Assembly (NCBI GenBank): GCA_001563905.1
Contig: LKMO01000002.1
Coordinates: 3,397-67,396 of the forward strand
DNA length: 64,000 nt
Source of the DNA: Nanohaloarchaea archaeon B1-Br10_U2g19
Lineage (GTDB): Archaea > Nanohalarchaeota > Nanosalinia > Nanosalinales > Nanosalinaceae
Direction: 5' to 3'
The stretch's first letter is position 1. Every line of letters begins with the position of its first letter. Shown one piece after another: positions 9,369 through 17,398 of the stretch. Under the pieces are notes generated by a model. The model ran no database searches and was not told the origin of the DNA. It saw only the letters and a program-made list of their open reading frames with translations. Both the position numbers and the translations under genes were made by a program.

Positions 9369-9863
9369 TTATTCTTCTTTTTCAGATACTATTACGTCTG
9401 CAGGTCGTATAACTCTTTCACCGTGTTTGTAACCAGGTTTCTTTTGTTCTAGAACTATATTATCTTCTTCGTGTTGTTCGGTGTCAACTGCGTTATGTAT
9501 GTTGGGATCGAACTCTTCTCCCTCTGCATTAATTCTTTCGAGGCCTTTTCTCTCCAGAGTTTCAAACAGCTGGTCTCCAACCATTTTTACTCCTTGGTAA
9601 ACGTTAGAGTCTTTGTCTGCGGCAGCTAAGGCTCTTTCAAAGTTATCTATAACGGATATAAGATCTTTTGAAAGCTCTCTTTCTGCTTCCTTCTGCCATT
9701 TATCTTTTCTCTCATCTTGTTTCTTCTTGTAGTTTTCAAACTCGGCTTTGACCTTTTTCGCAAGTTTCTCCATCTCTTCGGCTTCTTTTTGTTTCTGTTC
9801 TAGTTCTTCTTCAAGTTCTAAAAGCGCCTTTTCTAACTGTTCGCGGGAGAGATCTTGGTACAT
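9369..9863 (-). CDS. grpE: nucleotide exchange factor GrpE
   Basis: 164 aa. Long coiled-coil N-terminus, FENYKKK, and C-terminal beta domain (FDPNIHNAV ... GYKHGERVIRPADVIV). Confidence 0.93.
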   Translation of the reverse strand: MYQDLSREQLEKALLELEEELEQKQKEAEEMEKLAKKVKAEFENYKKKQDERKDKWQKEAERELSKDLISVIDNFERALAAADKDSNVYQGVKMVGDQLFETLERKGLERINAEGEEFDPNIHNAVDTEQHEEDNIVLEQKKPGYKHGERVIRPADVIVSEKEE

Positions 9864-9950
9864 CTACTTTTACTGATATTATCAAATTTTTAATATCTGC
9901 AGCTCTCCAAAACAAAAAGTTACTTATAGTTATGACTCGAAAGTAGCAGT

Positions 9951-10910
9951 ATGTCTGAGTTCTCTGTGGACAAACTTGAACCTGGAAAAGATCAGGAACA
10001 GTTCTACAGTTTCTGGGATAAAGCTTCAGAGACCGGAGAAGCCGGCTCAGGGCATCTAGCGTATGAACAGGACTGGTACGATGTGTATGGGCTCGAGAAC
10101 AGTGATGGGCTTCAAGGAATAGGGGCTGTACATACAGGACCGGTTAAAGGATTGTCGCATGCATTTATACTGCCTTCAGAGAGAGGTAAAACTCAGGAAG
10201 GGAAATCGCTTTTCAGATACTTGGTTCAACAGAGAATAGAGGCAGTAAATGATGATAATTTCGGTTTCAAGACAGATGCGACAACACGCCATCCTATGAC
10301 GCAACATGTTTTTGAGACAGAAGAGTTCGGTATTACTGGTTATGAGCCTTCTGCCAACGATTTCATGCCTTCGTATATACAGTTCAAAAACCCGGGGTCA
10401 GAAAGTGTGAAACCTGAAAAAATTACTGTGCCTAAGGGTGCTGAAGACTTGATAAATAATGTTTATGCTGATGGAGCTCCTACAGGAGTTTCTGGAGAAA
10501 CCTTGGGGTATGACTTAGGGTTTTCTCATATCTGTTCTGAGGATAATCCTGGAGAGGTAGCTTACTTTAAGTTCAAAGATGGTGAAAAAGAGTTAGAAGA
10601 GGTTTTAGAGCCGTTAAGAGAGCTTTATAATGAAGGTTATAGAAATATGCAAGTAATGATTGACTTGGAGGATCCTGGTTCTGAAAGATTTGTTGAACAG
10701 CTTATATCGGAAGGATTTGTTCCTACAGGGATCGAAGACCCTTTCTATCCAATTAAAGATACTGAAATAGCGCTTTCGCGTTTAGAACAGCCTGACGAGG
10801 ACGTTTATGTTACAGAGAATTCATTAGAGTTTATTGGTGATATAGGTTTAGATTATGATATCAAGGCAGAAGACAGGTCGTACAAGATTGATGTGCTGCC
10901 GACAATATAA
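9951..10910 (+). CDS. hypothetical acidic protein
   Basis: 319-aa ORF with organism-typical acidic composition. No family recognised by eye. Confidence 0.65.
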   Translation: MSEFSVDKLEPGKDQEQFYSFWDKASETGEAGSGHLAYEQDWYDVYGLENSDGLQGIGAVHTGPVKGLSHAFILPSERGKTQEGKSLFRYLVQQRIEAVNDDNFGFKTDATTRHPMTQHVFETEEFGITGYEPSANDFMPSYIQFKNPGSESVKPEKITVPKGAEDLINNVYADGAPTGVSGETLGYDLGFSHICSEDNPGEVAYFKFKDGEKELEEVLEPLRELYNEGYRNMQVMIDLEDPGSERFVEQLISEGFVPTGIEDPFYPIKDTEIALSRLEQPDEDVYVTENSLEFIGDIGLDYDIKAEDRSYKIDVLPTI

Positions 10911-10951
10911 TAAACGAATTTTTAATATACCTCCTTTGTTAAGAACTTTGT

Positions 10952-11419
10952 ATGTCCGACCATCCTTTTGTTGATGAAGCTGCCAGAAAGTCTACAACTA
11001 TAGTTACAAAACACTCTATAGCTATCCCGGAAGATGAACAGAAGTACAAGAAGAGTCAGAGAGCCTGGAACTGGGAAAAGATCGTCGACCTATTTTTCCC
11101 GATAGAACAGTCCAAAAAACGGAACAAGTATGCCAAAATATTCCTGAGAGAGCTTAAAGAGGAAGGAGAAATCGATTCAGAAAAACTAAATGCTTTTGAT
11201 GAATGGGGGCATGAAAAAGGAAAGTCTAACTTGAAAAACAATATTCTGCCTAAATTAAGGCGTCTAGGAGTGATTAAATACGAATACTTGGAGTACCGTG
11301 ATCGTCGTGAAGGCAAACAAGGCCGTCGTAAAGTAATAAAACCGGCTCGAAGTTTCTCATCGATACTTGAATCTATGGCTAACGGCTGGGCTGCCTACGA
11401 ATCTGCTGCAATGGAATGA
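10952..11419 (+). CDS. hypothetical K/R-rich protein (possible winged-helix nucleic-acid binder)
   Basis: 155-aa ORF, unusually basic for this proteome (KKSQRAW, SKKRNKYAK, RRLGVIKYEYLEYRDRREGKQGRRKVIKPARS). Function not assignable. Confidence 0.6.
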   Translation: MSDHPFVDEAARKSTTIVTKHSIAIPEDEQKYKKSQRAWNWEKIVDLFFPIEQSKKRNKYAKIFLRELKEEGEIDSEKLNAFDEWGHEKGKSNLKNNILPKLRRLGVIKYEYLEYRDRREGKQGRRKVIKPARSFSSILESMANGWAAYESAAME

Positions 11420-11429
11420 GATAGCTATA

Positions 11430-11443
11430 CCTATCCGGATAGG
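11430..11443 (+). terminator. perfect 14-nt palindrome CCTATCCGGATAGG just after the 10952-11419 stop, followed by a T/C-rich tract
   Basis: Read directly. It lies 11 nt after the stop codon. Its role as a terminator is inferred. Confidence 0.35.
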
Positions 11444-11629
11444 AGCTTCTTTCTGCAGCGCTGCTCTACTATTTTAAAGAGCGGTTGCGGCTAATACTTC
11501 GGCTTCGGAACTGACTTCTGTTTCATGACGGAGGTTTGTCTCCTGCTGCGCCTGAAGTTCCGCTTCGAAGTTTCGCGTGTTTGCGTTAATCGTTTGTACA
11601 CCTTTTTTGTGATTCGTTTTTGTACTGTG

Positions 11630-11902
11630 TTGACGGAGTGATTAGATAAGGTCCGGAGACAAGCCCTACCTAGCAAGCAAGACTTGTCTCGTAGAATTCC
11701 AACGGTGTAAGTGGTGACAGGTTGAGAGTGTTGGAATACTTTTCTGGTGTTTTTAGTTTTTCGCGGTCCGCCCGATTACCCCCGTATCTTGGAGGTCAAG
11801 GCGTCATCCCACTTCACTCTTCCAGATATCTAATAATTTTGGAGAAGTTAGCCTTGACCCTGGTAAAGTTACAGCTCACGGGCATCAGATGCATTCCGTT
11901 AA
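11630..11902 (+). ncRNA. unassigned structured RNA core (divergent RNase P RNA is one possibility)
   Basis: 11-bp long-range helix 11630-11640 (UUGACGGAGUG) with 11892-11902 (CAUUCCGUUAA), including 2 G-U pairs valid only in + sense. Perfect 8-bp hairpins at 11656-11663/11683-11690 and 11696-11703/11730-11737. A 9-bp stem at 11794-11802/11851-11859. GC is enriched relative to other spacers. The region lies between convergent genes. Confidence 0.5.
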
Positions 11903-11964
11903 ACTGATTCAGGGTCAAACTCATTACTGAACTATTTGAAACCGATCCTTTTAAGTATTTCGTA

Positions 11965-12714
11965 TTACTCGACGTGTTTAAGGAAGAAACGCTCGTCTAA
12001 ACGTCTGTGAACCTCTTCTAGAACGTCTTGAAGGTTTACAGCGTCGTACCGGTTGTAGCGCATAAGTTTGTCGAGAGCTTCTTTGTCACCGTTTTTCTCG
12101 TACTTTTTCCAGAGCTTTATTGCTTCACGGCCGTCAATATCTTCAAGCTCTCTGTTAATCTTCAGATCCTTCTCTATCTTCTTTAGACCTCCTGATAGAC
12201 CTATTCTCTTACAGGTATGCATTAAGTCGATGTGAGGAGTATCTATATTCAGATCAAAGTTTTTCTCTAGGAAAGGCTGGTCAAACATCTTTCCGTTGAA
12301 GGAGACAAGCACTTTTGATTCGTGGAACTCTTTCTCCAGTCTTTCTCTTGTAAGGTCTTGGCCGCGGACTAGTGTTGTTGATTCTCCGTTTCTGTAGAAG
12401 CTTACTGTTGTTACTTTGTTTCTTTTGGCGTCGAGTCCGGTGGTCTCGATATCGAAGAAGCATGCTGAGTCTTCAAAGTTTCTGTACATGCGCCAGGTAG
12501 ATTTGCTGGGAAGTTTACTTCCGAAGAAAACACTGTTTCCGACTTCCAAGTTTTTTCTTGCGGTCTCTACAAACTCTGATATTTTCTGTTTCTTGTTTTC
12601 TGTTAGAGAACAGTTATCTATTTTGTCCCAGTGAGTTACTCCTTGTTTCCAGAGTTTCTGTTCGGTTTTCTGTCCTATACCGGGTATCATTATGAAGCTG
12701 TTTTCAATCCGCAT
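11965..12714 (-). CDS. RNase H-fold 3'-5' exonuclease-like protein (PolB-exonuclease-related, COG3359-like) with N-terminal HhH
   Basis: 249 aa. IPGIGQKTEQKLWKQG (helix-hairpin-helix). FFDIETTGLD (Exo I-like DxE). FNGKMFDQPFL and RYNRYDAVNL (Exo II/III-like). Confidence 0.75.
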   Translation of the reverse strand: MRIENSFIMIPGIGQKTEQKLWKQGVTHWDKIDNCSLTENKKQKISEFVETARKNLEVGNSVFFGSKLPSKSTWRMYRNFEDSACFFDIETTGLDAKRNKVTTVSFYRNGESTTLVRGQDLTRERLEKEFHESKVLVSFNGKMFDQPFLEKNFDLNIDTPHIDLMHTCKRIGLSGGLKKIEKDLKINRELEDIDGREAIKLWKKYEKNGDKEALDKLMRYNRYDAVNLQDVLEEVHRRLDERFFLKHVE

Positions 12715-12756
12715 AAAGAAAAATAATAGAAAAATAATGTTAAGAAAAGAGAGGGT

Positions 12757-12954
12757 TTATCGAGAAGCTCTGATGTCGCTTGCCTGTACTGTCTTTCTGC
12801 CTGCGTGTTCAGCGTACTGTTTGGAATCTCGTGCCCTTTCTTCAGCATGTCTCTCAAGTTCGTCTCTTAGTTCTTGTACTGCATCTTCTGAAACTCTGTG
12901 AGCTCCTGCTTGTTTGATGATTCTCTTGACTGGTGCAAGTGGTAGTTCTGCCAT
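12757..12954 (-). CDS. archaeal histone (HMf family)
   Basis: 65 aa. MAELPLAPVKRIIKQAGAHRVSEDAV...HAGRKTVQASDI is the classical histone-fold pattern. Confidence 0.93.
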   Translation of the reverse strand: MAELPLAPVKRIIKQAGAHRVSEDAVQELRDELERHAEERARDSKQYAEHAGRKTVQASDIRASR

Positions 12955-13194
12955 GTTATGTTCACCTCCTTGTGAAAAGCTTGTGCTTTCTTATAATGGA
13001 ATACTGTCCGACGCCTTATAAATATAGTGGGGGGTTTAGAACCGTTCAATTACGTATCGGTTAAATCTCCAAACCCTTGCAGTATATCCAACAAGTCTGG
13101 AACCCTTTGAACAGGCTCCAGATGTTGAAACAAGTCTGTTAATTCAGAAAGCCATAAACCGAACTCTACACAACACCACATATTTTTTCAGTGG

Positions 13195-13857
13195 TTAAAC
13201 CTGCTTGAGCTCCACGCTGATTTCCTCATCAATCTCAGCTACACCATAATAACCTTCCATAACAGGACCAGGATTAACTAGGACTGTGCCATTAATTTCA
13301 TCTCTACCACGAGACTCATGGATATGACCGGTCAACAGCAGGTCAAACTCTTTGTTTTCCAGTAGTTCACGTACCTCTTCACTTCCAACATGATCGCCAT
13401 CCGCCTTGTCAAGCTCAGTATTATGTGGAGGCTGATGTATAACCGCGACACGTTTATCAGCATTCATTCTGTCATAAAGAGTTTCCAAAGCATTCTGTAT
13501 TTCGGAGCCTTCAGGTTCAAAAGGTGTTCCAAAAGGTGTCTGTCCGCCACCGAAGCCTACTGCCTCAAACGTTTCGAAAGCTGCAATCTTCTTATGAAGG
13601 TTCATACGACGTTCAATCAACTGTTTCACACAGTCCTGTTCAGGATCCATGTTTCCAGGAACGGCTTTAGTCAGTCCGCTTCCCTCATCGAAAACATCTA
13701 AAACCTGTTTAAGCTGTTCGTTATAGTCATCAAACTCGTTGTCATCACTCAGATCTCCTGCACATAGAACAGCATCAAAGCTTTCTCGAGAAACAATCTG
13801 TTCAAGGTTTTCCGTATCACCGTGTATATCAGTTACCAGTAAAACTCTCATACACAA
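13195..13857 (-). CDS. metallophosphoesterase (YfcE/MJ0936-like)
   Basis: 220 aa. VTDIHGD, CAGDLSDD, VPGNMDP, VIHQPPH, LTGHIHES. The start could be the Met at 13851 instead. Confidence 0.85.
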   Translation of the reverse strand: MCMRVLLVTDIHGDTENLEQIVSRESFDAVLCAGDLSDDNEFDDYNEQLKQVLDVFDEGSGLTKAVPGNMDPEQDCVKQLIERRMNLHKKIAAFETFEAVGFGGGQTPFGTPFEPEGSEIQNALETLYDRMNADKRVAVIHQPPHNTELDKADGDHVGSEEVRELLENKEFDLLLTGHIHESRGRDEINGTVLVNPGPVMEGYYGVAEIDEEISVELKQV

Positions 13858-13932
13858 GTAGTTAGTATTCCAGAGATTTAATTTGTTGGCGGTCCGTCTT
13901 TACTTAACTTTCGAGTTCAAAAAACTGGTTAT

Positions 13933-16344
13933 ATGACAAGTCTAGAAATCCAGTTAATCGATACCGACTACCAGGTTGAGGACGGAGAGGTCTTTATCAG
14001 AGGGTTCGGTAAGACCTCTGAGGATGAGAATATTCTGTTTTATGATAGAGAGTTCCTACCGTATCTTTATGCGGTACCTGAAAAAGAGGTAGAACTAGAT
14101 GAGTTGAAACAGAAGATTGAGGATACAGAGTTCAGCAATGAAGACACAGATATACCGGTTAGAAACTTAGAGAAGAAAAGCTTGATAGATGGAAGCGAAG
14201 AGATAGAGGTTCTAAAAGTATTTTCAAGTATACCTGCTATGATTCCTAAACTCAAAAACGAGTTATGGGATCTCCCGGAAATAAACGAGTGTAGAGAGTT
14301 CGATATACCGTTTTACAGACGTTACTTGATTGACAAAGATATCAGGCCAGGTTCATGGATTGAAGTTCAAGGAGAAGAGGAAGAAGGAGATTTAGACCAG
14401 GTTTTAGACGTAGAAAGTATTGAGACCGGTATAGAGAAGGATGAAGATATTAACTGGTATACAGTTGCCTTCGATTTGGAGGTTTACCAAGAGGAAATCA
14501 TAATGGTTTCTCTCTATGCTGAAGACTTTGAGAAAGTTATTACAACTGAAGAAATTGATAGAGACTTTGTTGAAACTGTTGAGAACGAAGAAAAGTTAAT
14601 TAAGCGTCTAGTAGAGATAATAGAAGACAGAGATGTCGATATTCTAACAGGATACAATACTGATGAGTACGACTTTGACGTCCTAAGAAACCGTGCAGAA
14701 CACTACAACTTGACTTTAGCGATGGGGCGTGACGGCGAAAGAATGAAGTTCAACCGTAGAGGCCGTTTCAAAGGAGCCCGGCTAAAAGGAAGAATGCATC
14801 TAGATATCTATCCTTTTGTCTCGCACGTTCTGGCGCCAGGACTAGACTCAGAGACACTGGATCTGGACTCTGTATCTGAAGAACTTCTAGGCCTCAACAA
14901 AGACGATATGTCCTGGGAGGAGATGAAAACCTCCTGGAAAAACAAAGAAGACTTGGAGAAGTTCTCCGACTATGCTCTGAAAGACTCGGAGCTAGCCTTC
15001 AAGCTTACTGAGGAGCTGGTTCCGCAGATACTAGAGCTTTCAGAGATAACAGGCCTGATACCTTTCGATGCTTGCAGACTGACTTACGGACAGCTTACCG
15101 AAAACTTTCTTCTCAGAGAAGCTTCTGAAAGGGATATAATTGCTTCGAACAGACCTTCTCAAGATAAGAGAAGTAAGAGAAGACGCCAAGATGCTTACTC
15201 CGGAGGATTTGTTTATACTCCGGAAGCAGGGCTCTACAGAGAGATCGGCTTATTCGACTTCAAGTCACTGTATCCAACAGTAATGGTAGCACATAACATC
15301 TCTCCGGATACGTTAAACATTGAGGACTGTGAAGACCGTTTCAGTCTAGAAGAGTTCGACTACAACTTCTGTCAAGATGAACCCGGTTTCTTCCCTGAAC
15401 TAGTCAGAGAGCTGGTTGAAGACCGTTCTAAAATTAAGGAAAAGATGAAGAATTTAGATGAAGACAGCCAGGAATACAAGTCGCTAGATAACCGGCAACA
15501 AGCAGAAAAAATACTTGCAAACTCGTTTTACGGCTATCTAGGTTATAGCGGTGCAAGATGGTACTCAAGAGAGTGTGCCGAGGCCACAACATATATGGGA
15601 AGAGAATATATTCACGATACTATTGAGATAGCTGAAGAAATGGATTTTGAAGTAGTCTACGGGGATACGGATTCTGTTCTGCTCGAAGTTGAAGATATAG
15701 AAGACAAAGCAGACTCATTCCTCGAAAAAGTTAACAGCGATCTACCCGAGTTTATGAAGCTGGAGCTGGAAGGAATATTCAAAAGAGGATTTTTCACTTC
15801 AACAGACTCTGGAGAAGGAGCTAAGAAGAAGTATGCTCTCTTAGCTGAAAACGGAGATATGAAGATAACAGGCTTCGAACAGGTAAGAAGAGACTGGAGT
15901 CCTGTAGCCAAAAAAACCCAGAAAAAAGTTTTGAGAAAGGTACTGGAAAACGATGTTGATGGCGCGGTTGAAGAAGCTAAAAAAACCGTAGAGGATCTTA
16001 GAGAAGGTAAAATACCTGTGGAAGATCTGAAGATCTATACTACGTTAACTAAAAAACCTGAGAACTATGGGTCAACAGCTCCTCATGTAGAAGCCGCTAA
16101 AAAAGCAATCAGACGTGGTGAGGATATAGGGCCTGGAGATACCATAGCATATGTTATAACTAGAGGAGGAGGCACAATATCTTCAAGAGCAGAAACTATT
16201 GAGTATGCTCAAGACTACGATTCCGATTACTATATAGAGAATCAGGTCTTACCGGCAGCCATAAGAGTTCTAAAGGTGTTTGGTTACACTGAAGGTCAAC
16301 TGAAAGGAGAGGGCAAACAGAGCGGACTAGGAAGATTTAGTTAG
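13933..16344 (+). CDS. polB: family B DNA polymerase
   Basis: 803 aa. Exo I FDLEV, Exo II NTDEYDFDVL, KSLYPTVMVAHNISPDT, NSFYGYLGY, VVYGDTDS. No intein insertion. Confidence 0.97.
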   Translation: MTSLEIQLIDTDYQVEDGEVFIRGFGKTSEDENILFYDREFLPYLYAVPEKEVELDELKQKIEDTEFSNEDTDIPVRNLEKKSLIDGSEEIEVLKVFSSIPAMIPKLKNELWDLPEINECREFDIPFYRRYLIDKDIRPGSWIEVQGEEEEGDLDQVLDVESIETGIEKDEDINWYTVAFDLEVYQEEIIMVSLYAEDFEKVITTEEIDRDFVETVENEEKLIKRLVEIIEDRDVDILTGYNTDEYDFDVLRNRAEHYNLTLAMGRDGERMKFNRRGRFKGARLKGRMHLDIYPFVSHVLAPGLDSETLDLDSVSEELLGLNKDDMSWEEMKTSWKNKEDLEKFSDYALKDSELAFKLTEELVPQILELSEITGLIPFDACRLTYGQLTENFLLREASERDIIASNRPSQDKRSKRRRQDAYSGGFVYTPEAGLYREIGLFDFKSLYPTVMVAHNISPDTLNIEDCEDRFSLEEFDYNFCQDEPGFFPELVRELVEDRSKIKEKMKNLDEDSQEYKSLDNRQQAEKILANSFYGYLGYSGARWYSRECAEATTYMGREYIHDTIEIAEEMDFEVVYGDTDSVLLEVEDIEDKADSFLEKVNSDLPEFMKLELEGIFKRGFFTSTDSGEGAKKKYALLAENGDMKITGFEQVRRDWSPVAKKTQKKVLRKVLENDVDGAVEEAKKTVEDLREGKIPVEDLKIYTTLTKKPENYGSTAPHVEAAKKAIRRGEDIGPGDTIAYVITRGGGTISSRAETIEYAQDYDSDYYIENQVLPAAIRVLKVFGYTEGQLKGEGKQSGLGRFS

Positions 16345-16378
16345 CTTATAAGAGTTAATGCTTTAATTAGGAACTGTT

Positions 16379-16678
16379 ATGAAAGATTTCAACAGCAGCA
16401 AAACTATTATGCCGGAGCCAGAAACCTATAAACAAGGTACCGAAGACTTGAAAACAGAGGTTGAAACGCTTCTAGATTATTCAGAAACGCCTGTGAGCTC
16501 CGAAGAAGTATATGATCATTTCGAGTCCGATTTCAGCGAAGAAGATAACTTCTACTCTGAAGACGAGCTAAGCTATGTTGCAGACGCACTAGTGCAGCTA
16601 AGAAGAGAAGAAGCTATTGAACAAACAGCCTTCTTGAAAGAAGATGGTGCTAAGATAGGTTACAGACTATCTGAATAA
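16379..16678 (+). CDS. hypothetical small acidic protein
   Basis: 99-aa ORF, very acidic. No recognisable family. Confidence 0.5.
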   Translation: MKDFNSSKTIMPEPETYKQGTEDLKTEVETLLDYSETPVSSEEVYDHFESDFSEEDNFYSEDELSYVADALVQLRREEAIEQTAFLKEDGAKIGYRLSE

Positions 16679-16697
16679 ACTTTTCCTTTACTTTCTA

Positions 16698-17357
16698 TTA
16701 TTTGAATACTTCTCCAGTTTCCATAGACCATAGAACAAGGTCTAAAGCTTTAACATCGATACCTGTTTCTTTTGCAAGATCCTGCATCTTTCTCTCGATT
16801 TCTAGATAGCTTTCTTGGTCGGAGGGTTGATCTAGCTTTTCAATGTAGTCCAGCTCGTATAGTTTGCTCACAATACGGCTCGAAATTATTGCAAAGCTGT
16901 TACCGTATCCGATATTCCTAAGGAAATGTGATCCTCCTTTCCAGCTTAAACCGTTAATATTCTCAACAAACCATTTACGGGTCTGATCCAGATTATCTGG
17001 TTTGATACGGTCTTTAAGCTTCAGGTTTCCGGAAGGATCTGTTAAAGTTGGCTGAGATAGTTTTTTCCGGTTCTCAACTATGTAAGAGGCTTTATTTCTT
17101 TCATACTGGATATCATGTAGTTCCAGGATTCTTGCGATCTCTTCTTTCTCACTGCTTTCTAAGAGATCTAGTTCATCAAGCTTTTCTGTAGCTTTCCAAG
17201 ATTTTTTTGCAGAGCTCTGAGATGTAAGAATTACGAAAACCAGCTCTTTGAACAGTCTTTTGTTGTCTGCGTCTCTAAGCTTCTCAAAATCATCTAAGCG
17301 ACTATCGATAACGTCTTTGTTCTCTTTGTAATGGCTTAAGATTTTCTGTTTATCCAT
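16698..17357 (-). CDS. HhH-GPD N-glycosylase/DNA lyase, archaeal Ogg2-like
   Basis: 219 aa. LVFVILTSQSSAKKS and GLSWKGGSHFLRNIGY match the helix-hairpin-helix plus catalytic Lys pattern of Ogg2. The expected downstream Asp position reads AIISSRI (see findings). Confidence 0.7.
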   Translation of the reverse strand: MDKQKILSHYKENKDVIDSRLDDFEKLRDADNKRLFKELVFVILTSQSSAKKSWKATEKLDELDLLESSEKEEIARILELHDIQYERNKASYIVENRKKLSQPTLTDPSGNLKLKDRIKPDNLDQTRKWFVENINGLSWKGGSHFLRNIGYGNSFAIISSRIVSKLYELDYIEKLDQPSDQESYLEIERKMQDLAKETGIDVKALDLVLWSMETGEVFK

Positions 17358-17398
17358 AGAGTGTAAAAGAGATTGCTAGAGTTTAAACTCTTGTTCTG

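Noticed and set aside
11646-11665. AGGUCCGGA motif reminiscent of SRP RNA helix 8 (AGGUCCGGAAGGAAGCAGCC)
   Set aside because: The conserved GNAR-loop closure and the AGCA symmetric-loop motif are absent. The segment is instead part of a perfect 8-bp hairpin (GAGACAAG/CUUGUCUC) incompatible with helix 8. The SRP RNA interpretation is not supported by eye.
11491-11676. 61-aa minus-strand ORF (MLGRACLRTLSNH...), extremely basic
   Set aside because: It lies entirely within the hairpin-dense non-coding region. Its K/R-rich, Asp/Glu-poor composition is the opposite of this proteome. The G-U pairs in the helices favour a + strand RNA. It is most likely a chance ORF.
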